Positions 18,439 to 25,747 of a stretch of DNA of 37,754 bases are shown here, piece by piece (position 1 is the first letter of the stretch; each line of letters starts with the position of its first letter). The notes under the pieces were generated by a model. That model worked only from the letters and a program-made list of their open reading frames with translations, was not told the origin of the DNA and did no database searches. The stretch is from positions 1-37,754 of the forward strand of contig CAZAPM010000004.1 of the NCBI GenBank assembly GCA_964487475.1, written 5' to 3'. The position numbers were made by a program, and so were the translations under genes. The stretch comes from an uncultured Planctomycetales bacterium (GTDB lineage: Bacteria > Omnitrophota > Gorgyraeia > Gygaellales > Profunditerraquicolaceae).

Positions 18439-19496
18439 GCGTACGCGCCCTGCGCTGCAGCCATCTGACAATAATATTCCACTGCCGACTCGTCATCCCC
18501 CGTCTCCAGCGCCGCTCGCGACGGACACCAGAAACATTCGTAACGCCGGGCACAATCACGGCAGAGACTCTCCCCCCTGAAACGCTCCCGGGAGACTTCC
18601 CGGATCACCTCGAGGTACCTGGAAAGCGGCGCGCGGTCGACATGGAACGCATGCGCCCGGGAGAACTGGCAGAACTTGACAAAACCGAACGGGTCGATGA
18701 CACACTGCTGCTGCCAGCTGTTGCACGCGTATTTCGCCTCCCGCGCCTGCGCCCCTCCCTGCGGGACACACACCCGCGGCATTCGCAGGTCCGCCTCCAT
18801 CTCCTTATCCTCGCGCACCATCTCCTGCAGCTGCGCGGGGGTCACGCGATGCGCGCACGGTTCAAGGCCGCCATCGAGACGGGGCACCACCACATAATCG
18901 TATTTGAAACGGTGCAGGCCGTTGCCCGGCCGGCCGAATAATTTCTCCGCAGACCTCTTGATCGCCGCGATCTCATGACGGTTCTCCTTAAGACACACCG
19001 CTTTCACGATCGTAGGGACCCCTCTGGACTTTAACCGGGAAAGGCCGGCATGCGCGCTCGCGCACGCGCCAGCGACGCCGGTCACCGCGGCATAGGTTTT
19101 TTCCGAAATGCCGTAGAGAGAGGCCTCGACGCACACCGGAGGAGAAGCGCCAAGGGCGCGCGCCACGGGTTCATCCACCAGCGCCGCATTGGTGAACACC
19201 GTGACCAGCAGTCCTTTGCGCTTCGCGTACCGGTACAATGCCAGAAAATCGCGGCGCAGCAGGGGCTCTCCTCCGCTGAACGTCACTCCCAGGCAGCCCA
19301 TACCGACCAGCATGTCCAGGACGCGTTTCCATTGCGAAGTCGAAAGTTCGTCGGAGACGTTTCCCGCGCCGCGGCAATAACAATGCACGCAGGAAAAATT
19401 ACACCGGTAGGTCAATTCAATATGACAATATGCGGGGAAAGGATTGCGCCGGAAAAGCGACCTCCGGGCTCGGCAACCCAAGGTAGTATTTTTCAC
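18426..19496 (-). CDS. Radical SAM/SPASM peptide maturase #1
   Basis: ELTYRCNFSCVHCY, FSGGEP; 7-Cys SPASM C-x17-C...CRDC-x5-CFWC-x18-C. GTG 19496 chosen to avoid overlap with the precursor (start uncertain). Confidence 0.9.
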   Translation of the reverse strand: MKNTTLGCRARRSLFRRNPFPAYCHIELTYRCNFSCVHCYCRGAGNVSDELSTSQWKRVLDMLVGMGCLGVTFSGGEPLLRRDFLALYRYAKRKGLLVTVFTNAALVDEPVARALGASPPVCVEASLYGISEKTYAAVTGVAGACASAHAGLSRLKSRGVPTIVKAVCLKENRHEIAAIKRSAEKLFGRPGNGLHRFKYDYVVVPRLDGGLEPCAHRVTPAQLQEMVREDKEMEADLRMPRVCVPQGGAQAREAKYACNSWQQQCVIDPFGFVKFCQFSRAHAFHVDRAPLSRYLEVIREVSRERFRGESLCRDCARRYECFWCPSRAALETGDDESAVEYYCQMAAAQGAYACAP

Positions 19497-19533
19497 GACC
19501 GGAAGAAACAGGGCAAAGGACCTAAAGGAACTC

Positions 19534-19743
19534 TTAAGAAGAGGCGGAAAAACTCGCCCACGGGCCAAACCCGCTTACCGTGGATTTGGAGAATGCGGTC
19601 TGACAATATGAGGTAAAGGTATTTCCGGTCCCTGCACCGCCATACCTGCTCACCGTGCTGCACTGACACGCCAACACCGCTTGTTCGGGGTTAAGCTTGA
19701 TCCTGGTGATCTCCGGCTTGAACTTCGACTTTTTCTTCATCAC
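19534..19743 (-). CDS. Putative RiPP precursor peptide (69 aa)
   Basis: MMKKKSKFKPEITRIKLNPEQAVLA-CQCSTVSRYGGAGTGNTFTSYCQTAFSKSTVSGFGPWASFSASS. Lies between PqqD and rSAM #1; GAGGGAG RBS; start overlaps the PqqD stop (GTGATG); charged leader and Ser/Thr/Gly/Cys/aromatic core. Confidence 0.85.
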   Translation of the reverse strand: MMKKKSKFKPEITRIKLNPEQAVLACQCSTVSRYGGAGTGNTFTSYCQTAFSKSTVSGFGPWASFSASS

Positions 19744-20120
19744 GCTCTCCCTCTTCGGCTGTTTTTTTTGCTGACGGGAATGTTCCTGTCCCTGGATGCC
19801 GCCTTAGCCTTAGCCTTAGCCTTGGCCTTAGCCTTGGCCGGCGCCAGTGCCTTGATCTGATGCAGCTCCCGGACCAGCTCTTCCATCAACGCGATCGCCT
19901 TGGTCTCGGTCACTTCGAATTCCCCGGTCACCAGGGTGACGATCTCACCCATGGTCCTTTTTCCGTTTATCAGCTCCCAAACCCGGGCAGCGGAAGCGTT
20001 CAACGAGTATATGGAATTGATATCTTCTGTGGATTTCAGGATAGGCAGGAGGATTATCTCTTCATCGATCCGCCGGGTCACCATATTGGGATTTTTAGCC
20101 AGCACTAACTTAGTGTCCAT
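19740..20120 (-). CDS. Stand-alone PqqD-family RiPP recognition element with basic C-terminal tail
   Basis: VTRRIDEEIILLP...IYSLNASAARVWELINGKRTMGEIV...EFEV is a typical PqqD pattern; strong GAGGAGG RBS. Confidence 0.92.
   Translation of the reverse strand: MDTKLVLAKNPNMVTRRIDEEIILLPILKSTEDINSIYSLNASAARVWELINGKRTMGEIVTLVTGEFEVTETKAIALMEELVRELHQIKALAPAKAKAKAKAKAKAASRDRNIPVSKKNSRRGRA
19801..19836. repeat. In-frame hexamer tandem repeat (GCCTTR)x6 encoding (KA)6
   Basis: gcctta gcctta gcctta gccttg gcctta gccttg. Confidence 0.9.
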
Positions 20121-20146
20121 GAAGCAACCTCCTCATAATTTTTTTT

Positions 20147-20175
20147 ATTATAGCAATAGAACCCGGTTCACGCAA
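20147..20175 (-). promoter_or_regulatory. sigma70-type promoter for the PqqD-precursor-maturase operon
   Basis: TTGCGT-N17-TATAAT with extended -10 TG; followed by an A-tract and GAGGAGG. Confidence 0.75.
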
Positions 20176-20180
20176 GATGT

Positions 20181-20600
20181 TTATGGCGTTACGCGGGGCC
20201 GTCCGGCCCTCTTCAAGGCCGCCTTGCCCCTCCTGGCCCAATAACGCAGCCGTGCTGCCAGAAGCGCCGCTGCGGGCATCCCCAGGACGAAGACCTTCCC
20301 GCCCCGGGAAACCGCGGCGACCGTCCCGAGGATATCTGACGGCCGGACTTCGGCATCGAAATGCAGACTGTTATCTCCCCGTACCCGGTAGATGCTTCGA
20401 CCTTCGCGCACGACGATACGATGGACTCGGTGACACACCAAAGTCCCCGCAGGCTGCGTCCGGTACAGGATCACATCGCCTTTACGGGCCCTGTCCGAGC
20501 CCCGGCATTCTACCAGCAGCGTATCACCGGGCCGGATGAGCGGTTCCATGCTATTGCCCGTCGCACGGTGCCATGATAATCCGTTATGCCGCGTTTCCAC
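20181..20600 (-). CDS. Soluble S24/S26-family peptidase (Ser-His type)
   Basis: GNSMEPLIRPGD, GDVILY, VCHRV, RGDN..FD; no N-terminal TM. GTG 20600 has a GGAGG RBS. Confidence 0.85.
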   Translation of the reverse strand: METRHNGLSWHRATGNSMEPLIRPGDTLLVECRGSDRARKGDVILYRTQPAGTLVCHRVHRIVVREGRSIYRVRGDNSLHFDAEVRPSDILGTVAAVSRGGKVFVLGMPAAALLAARLRYWARRGKAALKRAGRPRVTP

Positions 20601-21666
20601 CCCTGCCCCTCCATTTTTCCCCGGCCAAACCTGCCGCATCCCGGGCCCGGCGCCGGAACGCCAAACTGCTTGCGGCATAATACCAGGCCATAAAATGAAG
20701 CCGCCCCAGACGCGATCCTCGGTCGGTCCCCGACCACAGGCGCTGCGGATGCAGCCACGGCCCGAGCGCCGTTCGCCTGGCCCAGGAAGGACGCGGCACC
20801 TGGGCGGAAAGGTCCTGCGCGGCGGCGCATCGGAAAAGGCGCGCCGCCGAGATCAACGCAAAATAAGGCTGATAGCCTCCGTGCCGGCCGCACCACTCCC
20901 GCACCTGATCCCGGCGCAACGAACCCTGCCGGGAATGCAACAGTTGGGCCAGATCGAAAAAATAACGGGTTTCCAACGGCTCTGTCTCGCTTATCGCCAC
21001 CAGCATCAGATACCACGCCAGGTCCTCGTCGCTCGGCCAACGCACGGCAGTATCGTGAACGGAGATCTGCCGGCTGCGCTCCCAGAAAAGCCCTTCCTCG
21101 CACGACACCGAGGCGCTGCGCAACCCGGCATGCACTTCCACCATCATCCCTTTCTCCGGAGCGACGTCCTTGAGGGCGCATACCGCCTGCTGCGAACCCC
21201 TGCCTCCGGGGTAAGACACGTCATATCCGTTGCGGCGCATGATCTCGCATGCGAAGGAAAAATCCTCTGGCCGGACCAACACATCGCTATCCACCGGAGC
21301 CCGGCGCATCGCGCAATCGCCGTACAAATACCAGGACAAGAGCGCCCCCTTCAAAGGGATGACCTCCATCCCCTGCTGCGCGAATTCCCGCACCAGGGCC
21401 AGGATCCGTTGCAATGCGCGCTCCGCTGCGAGCGCATTGAAGATGACCTGTTCCTTGAGACGGTCCCGGGCTTCCCGGGAGACGGACTCGACACCGCAGG
21501 ATCTCATCTGCGCGTACGCTACAGAAAATAGCCCGGAGCGCAGCGCCAGGTCCACGAACTCTTCCGATTCGCGGCCGGAAAGACGGGGAACGGAGAAGGA
21601 CGATACGGGAGAGGCGGAAAAACAGGATTGCAGCAGCCGCTGCAAAAGAAGGCTCGAGGCTTTCAT
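20584..21666 (-). CDS. Nucleotidyltransferase family protein (NTP_transf_5-like)
   Basis: IPLKGALL...YG....R...DSDVLV and VEVH motifs. Start refined to ATG 21666. Confidence 0.85.
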   Translation of the reverse strand: MKASSLLLQRLLQSCFSASPVSSFSVPRLSGRESEEFVDLALRSGLFSVAYAQMRSCGVESVSREARDRLKEQVIFNALAAERALQRILALVREFAQQGMEVIPLKGALLSWYLYGDCAMRRAPVDSDVLVRPEDFSFACEIMRRNGYDVSYPGGRGSQQAVCALKDVAPEKGMMVEVHAGLRSASVSCEEGLFWERSRQISVHDTAVRWPSDEDLAWYLMLVAISETEPLETRYFFDLAQLLHSRQGSLRRDQVREWCGRHGGYQPYFALISAARLFRCAAAQDLSAQVPRPSWARRTALGPWLHPQRLWSGTDRGSRLGRLHFMAWYYAASSLAFRRRARDAAGLAGEKWRGRGGNAA

Positions 21667-21700
21667 GGGAGCACGCGCGGGGATACCTGCGCCGGACGGT

Positions 21701-22573
21701 TTAGAAGAACGATTCGGGGACCATGACCGTGTCCCCTTCCTGGAGGAGTACGTCACGGGATACGTCCCCGCTGCGCATGATATCGGCGACCGGCACCGGG
21801 ATGACTTTCTTCACGCCTTTTTCCATGCGCACCACCCGGGTCCCGTTCTGGGCGGCGGTCGAGGTGAATCCGCCGGCCAACCCTACGGCCTCGCTGGCCC
21901 GCAACCCTTTGCGCATCGTATATACCCCCGGCTTGGCCACCTGGCCCATGACGGAAAAGCGGCCGTACTCCTCGACCACGATGATATCGTCACCCTTGAT
22001 CTCGATATCATAGTCGGTACGGTCAAGGATACGCTCGTAGTCGACGTAAAAAGTGTCCTTGCGGCCCCGGTTATCGCGGATGATCTTGACCGCAGCGGTG
22101 TTGGCGGAGTCGGTGAACCCTCCGGCCAGCGCCACCGCCTGGGTGAAGCTCAAGCGTTCCTTAAGCTGGTACGACCCGGGACTGCGGATCGCGCCCAGCA
22201 TGGATATCTTTTTCGAATACTCTTTGACGAACGCCCGCACCTGCGGGTTGACCAGGTAATCCTGCGCCAGGAGTTCCGTGATATTGGCCTCCAGCTCCCG
22301 CAGGGTCAGGCCGACCGCCCGGATATTGCCGAGATAAGGATAGTTCACCGTCCCGTCCTGGGCCACCCGCACCGTGGTGGAGAAATCCTCTTCCCCGTAT
22401 ACGGTGATCTCGAGGATATCGTCGACAGAGATCAGATACTCCTTGTTCAGCCCGGACCGCTGCATATCCCGGTCATTCTGCGCGTCGGAAGACACGGTCT
22501 TCGCCACGATCAGCCCCAGACACATCATCGCCAGTACCGCATGCCTGACAAACACCTTCGAGTGCGTACGCAT
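21701..22573 (-). CDS. wza: Polysaccharide export OPX protein (Poly_export + 2 SLBB), short form
   Basis: Signal peptide; YLISVDDILEITVYGE..VRVAQDGTVNYPYLG; two SLBB repeats (AGGFT); ends VPESFF. Confidence 0.92.
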   Translation of the reverse strand: MRTHSKVFVRHAVLAMMCLGLIVAKTVSSDAQNDRDMQRSGLNKEYLISVDDILEITVYGEEDFSTTVRVAQDGTVNYPYLGNIRAVGLTLRELEANITELLAQDYLVNPQVRAFVKEYSKKISMLGAIRSPGSYQLKERLSFTQAVALAGGFTDSANTAAVKIIRDNRGRKDTFYVDYERILDRTDYDIEIKGDDIIVVEEYGRFSVMGQVAKPGVYTMRKGLRASEAVGLAGGFTSTAAQNGTRVVRMEKGVKKVIPVPVADIMRSGDVSRDVLLQEGDTVMVPESFF

Positions 22574-22591
22574 ATATATTCTCCCGAACCG

Positions 22592-23926
22592 TTAGAATTT
22601 AGCCGATGAAGTGATGGTCACCAGGTTGACGTTGTGATTTTCCTCGATGCTCGAGCTGACCCGCTTACGGGAATACCCGAACGAGAAATCCAACCACTGT
22701 TTGAAGGCATAGGAAAGGCCCAGCCCGATGGTACGGGTGTTCTGGTCCTGCGAAGGTATGGAGGAGCTCGGGAAGAGCTCGTCCGTCACCACATAACTGA
22801 ACCCCAGATTAAGCTTGGGGTTGAAGGCCAGCCGGTGGTTCGCGGCGAAGGTGTAGGAATTCGTGACGGCACGCGCTTCGTCGTCAACGAAGGTCTCCCT
22901 CAGCCGCGAAAAGGCGAAGGAAAAATTCGTACGGTCGCTGAAACGATATCCGATGTTCTGGGTAAACGCAAAGGCATGGGAATCGTCGCCGGATTTGGCG
23001 TCAGTCTCGCCGTAATCGATCCCGCTGGAGACGCTGACCTTGGGCGAAAGCACCCCGGCGAGGGACAGACCCCACTCCTGGCCGCGGGAATCCCCGCTGT
23101 GCCCCCGGGGATGCATCTCCCGGCTGATGGCATAATCCATGGAAAGCCTGGTCCTGGTACCTAAGCGCAGGAACTGGGCCACGGAAAGCACGTCGGACCA
23201 CATATTATCGTTGCGGTTGACCGGCTCGTTGAAGGTATCGAGACGCGCATACCCGACGTTGAACCCGTAGCGGTTGAACGCCCGGCCTAAAGAAGTGCTG
23301 AAGGAATTCTCTATCGAGCGGTCCATCTCCGTATCGCTCCAGCCGAGCTTTTCGGTGTTGATATAGTTACTGGTGATGGAATTGCCGATGGTGAAACTGT
23401 ACAACCCCAGGCTCATCGTCTGGTCCAGGGAAGCGGTCAGCGAACCGGCGTTATCCCCGGCGCGTTTCTGGTTATACGTCGACTCCAGGTGCATGTCAAA
23501 GGCCGTACTTTTACCCAGCGAGACATTGCTGGTCCTGAAACCCGGAGTGATGGAATAGATCCAGTCCGATTTCTCCGGAAGGGTGTCTTCGTCAAGATTG
23601 TCGTTGAAAGAGACCTGGGTGATGAGATACGGGTGGGATTTGGAGAAAAAGCCCTTGAGCGGATTTTTGCCGGTTTTGGCGGTCCGCCGCTCAGACGCCC
23701 CGGAGGGAGGGCTGCCGGCGCGCGCGACCCTTCGCTCGACAAGCTTAAGCTGCGCTTCCTGCATCGATTCCGCCATGGCGGCATCGCGCTGCTGCATCCT
23801 GTTCAGGGTCTGCATGACCAGGCGCTCCCTGCCGGGAGAAACCGGCACCTGACCCCACGCGGGAGCCGCAGAGAAAAAAAAAGCTCCCGCAACAAATGCC
23901 CCTGCCACGGTAAGCGTTTTTCTCAT
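22592..23926 (-). CDS. EPS-associated outer-membrane beta-barrel protein
   Basis: Signal peptide (AAPAWG), alternating hydrophobic strands, SDWIYSITPG, C-terminal Phe; adjacent to wza. Start 23926 or 23944. Confidence 0.8.
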   Translation of the reverse strand: MRKTLTVAGAFVAGAFFFSAAPAWGQVPVSPGRERLVMQTLNRMQQRDAAMAESMQEAQLKLVERRVARAGSPPSGASERRTAKTGKNPLKGFFSKSHPYLITQVSFNDNLDEDTLPEKSDWIYSITPGFRTSNVSLGKSTAFDMHLESTYNQKRAGDNAGSLTASLDQTMSLGLYSFTIGNSITSNYINTEKLGWSDTEMDRSIENSFSTSLGRAFNRYGFNVGYARLDTFNEPVNRNDNMWSDVLSVAQFLRLGTRTRLSMDYAISREMHPRGHSGDSRGQEWGLSLAGVLSPKVSVSSGIDYGETDAKSGDDSHAFAFTQNIGYRFSDRTNFSFAFSRLRETFVDDEARAVTNSYTFAANHRLAFNPKLNLGFSYVVTDELFPSSSIPSQDQNTRTIGLGLSYAFKQWLDFSFGYSRKRVSSSIEENHNVNLVTITSSAKF

Positions 23927-23960
23927 CGGTCCGGATGCTGACAATGATCCTTTCCTGTTC

Positions 23961-24350
23961 CTATGCCTGCGGCTTTTTCGGGGTGGCGCGCTGGTAAACC
24001 CGCGACACCTGCCGGTCGATCAATACTCTCAGTGAATCATCCAGATCTATGAACTGGGCGCCGATCTCATACTGCGAATTCTTGATCACCTCTTTGGCCC
24101 AGACCACTTTCGCCAGCGCGGACACCGAAGTATCCACCGACGGAAAATTAATGCGCATCTCCAGAAGATTGGATATGGCGATATACTCCTTGGTGCGCAG
24201 ACACACCCCGCCCGCCCCGATATCCTTGATGGAGGCGGTGACGAACGCCCCTTTCGCGGCCTTTTCCGAAAAAAGCTTGTATTTGACCAGGTGATAGGCC
24301 TTGAGGCGGATGAATTTCCGCTTATCTTCAAAATTCCGCATCTTGTTCAT
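23961..24350 (-). CDS. PilZ-domain c-di-GMP receptor
   Basis: RKFIR (RxxxR), DIGAGG (D/NxSxxG-like), AKVVW, IGAQF. Confidence 0.88.
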   Translation of the reverse strand: MNKMRNFEDKRKFIRLKAYHLVKYKLFSEKAAKGAFVTASIKDIGAGGVCLRTKEYIAISNLLEMRINFPSVDTSVSALAKVVWAKEVIKNSQYEIGAQFIDLDDSLRVLIDRQVSRVYQRATPKKPQA

Positions 24351-24357
24351 TTCTTTT

Positions 24358-24386
24358 AAGTTACCACGGCACAATGGCACTGTCAA
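24358..24386 (-). promoter_or_regulatory. sigma70-type promoter for the pilZ-barrel-wza operon
   Basis: TTGACA-N17-TAACTT with extended TG. Confidence 0.65.
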
Positions 24387-24419
24387 GAAAATAGTTAAAC
24401 GGGGGGAAACCGGAAAACG

Positions 24420-25142
24420 CTATTCTTCGTTGGGAAGACAGGAAGCGTTGCGCTCCACGTATTCGATGAGGGATTCCTGCAGTTGCGGAGTGATCCCTTT
24501 GAAGGAAACCCCGATCCCGGGATAAAGATGCGGCTGCACCTGTTTATCCGCCAGCCACACCACCGTCGCGTCGATCTCCAGCGGCTCGTTGCGCGGAGGA
24601 AGCGAGAAGGACAGGGACACCTCGTCCCCCAGGGTGAACTTATGGCATCCGAACACGTACATGCCCACCCCGCTGACATTGATCATCTCCGCGTCTTCGC
24701 ACACCGGTTCGCGGGAGAACTTCCGGCGCACCGTGATCTTGATATCCACCGGCAGCCTCCGGCAACGCCGCCGCAGCTGCATCCTGCGGATATCTTCGAT
24801 GGCCTTCTCCTCTTTGAAGCTCAACAGCGCCAGCTCCTCGCTGGGGAACTGCTCGATGACCTTATCCACCCCGGCCACGGCAAAAAGGTTGCGGTACTGC
24901 ATGGCCACATTGGCGAGCTTGAGCCTGCCGCCCCGGTTGGAGACTTCCTTATAGGCGATCACCAGCGCGGAGATACCCATATAATCGATCAGCCCCACTT
25001 CCTCGAAATTACACAGGATATCGGAATACCCCTCCCGCAGGCACTGCCCCACCGCCTCGATGAAGAGTGCGGCGTTGACATCCAGCGTCCCGCGCAGGTC
25101 CAGGATGATGACGTTCTCTTTCGCTCTGAGGTTTATCTCCAT
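24420..25142 (-). CDS. STAS (anti-sigma antagonist-like) + PilZ domain protein
   Basis: N-terminal ILDLRGTLD..ILCNFEEVGLIDYMGISAL..GGRLKLAN; C-terminal RRCRR..NVSGVG..ATVVW..GIGVSF. Confidence 0.85.
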   Translation of the reverse strand: MEINLRAKENVIILDLRGTLDVNAALFIEAVGQCLREGYSDILCNFEEVGLIDYMGISALVIAYKEVSNRGGRLKLANVAMQYRNLFAVAGVDKVIEQFPSEELALLSFKEEKAIEDIRRMQLRRRCRRLPVDIKITVRRKFSREPVCEDAEMINVSGVGMYVFGCHKFTLGDEVSLSFSLPPRNEPLEIDATVVWLADKQVQPHLYPGIGVSFKGITPQLQESLIEYVERNASCLPNEE

Positions 25143-25174
25143 ATATAAAGTCTACCACACTCCGGGAAAAGTTT

Positions 25175-25747
25175 CTACCGCGAGGATTTGACCAGCATGT
25201 CGAATTCCACGTTCACCCGCTGCGACGGGGTCTTGGCTCCCAGCACCGTCTGCTGCGCCGTATGCGGGATAAGATACACGCGTAAGGCAGAGGCTCTGCG
25301 CTCCATCACCGTAAGGCTCACCCCGTCGATCGCCACCGATCCCCGGTCCACGCACCACTTCAGGTACGCGGGAGGAACGGAGATCTCCAGGACCAGATTC
25401 CCCCGCAGCAGCCGCTTCGAGGTGATCACTCCGATACAATCGACATGCCCGCTCACGAAATGCCCGCCGATCCGGTCATGTACGCGCAGCGCCCGTTCCA
25501 GGTTGACGCGCATCCCCGCGGCGGCGAACTGCAGCGTGGTCGACTGACGGGTCTCGGCCATGACCTCGAAGGTAAGGGAGGTTTTCCCCACCGCGACCAC
25601 GGTCAGGCAGACCCCGTTGACGCTGATGCTCTCCCCCGTCTTGGTGCCTTCCCGCGCGAGCGTGCAGGCTACCTCCAGCTCCCAGACCCGGGAGGACTGG
25701 CGGATGCGCACGATACTTCCCTGTTCCTCAACTATACCGCTGAACAT
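25175..25747 (-). CDS. ribE: Riboflavin synthase (alpha chain)
   Basis: MFSGIVEE, SISVNGVCLT, VNLERA, GGHFVSGHVD. Confidence 0.96.
   Translation of the reverse strand: MFSGIVEEQGSIVRIRQSSRVWELEVACTLAREGTKTGESISVNGVCLTVVAVGKTSLTFEVMAETRQSTTLQFAAAGMRVNLERALRVHDRIGGHFVSGHVDCIGVITSKRLLRGNLVLEISVPPAYLKWCVDRGSVAIDGVSLTVMERRASALRVYLIPHTAQQTVLGAKTPSQRVNVEFDMLVKSSR

Noticed and set aside
19497..19560. Attenuator hairpin after the precursor gene
   Set aside because: Only weak pairing (CTCTT/AAGAG; GGGCGAG/TTTGCCC) and no clear U-tract; cannot be supported without folding calculations.
19801..19836. Phase-variation switch or CRISPR-like repeat
   Set aside because: The unit is 6 bp, so length changes stay in frame, and there are no spacers. 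No CRISPR array, cas gene, tRNA, integrase or transposase was seen in the window.
18426..20120. PQQ or mycofactocin biosynthesis
   Set aside because: Precursor lacks ExxxY and IDGxCGVY; no pqqB/pqqC or mftD/E in the window.
20159..20169. GAAC-N3-GTTC as a LexA (SOS) box
   Set aside because: The Gram-positive LexA box needs N4 spacing; kept only as an unassigned short palindrome.
13549..21666. Lasso peptide cluster (PqqD + kinase + nucleotidyltransferase)
   Set aside because: No asparagine-synthetase-like cyclase or B2 transglutaminase-like protease in the window, and the core has no Asp/Glu for a macrolactam.
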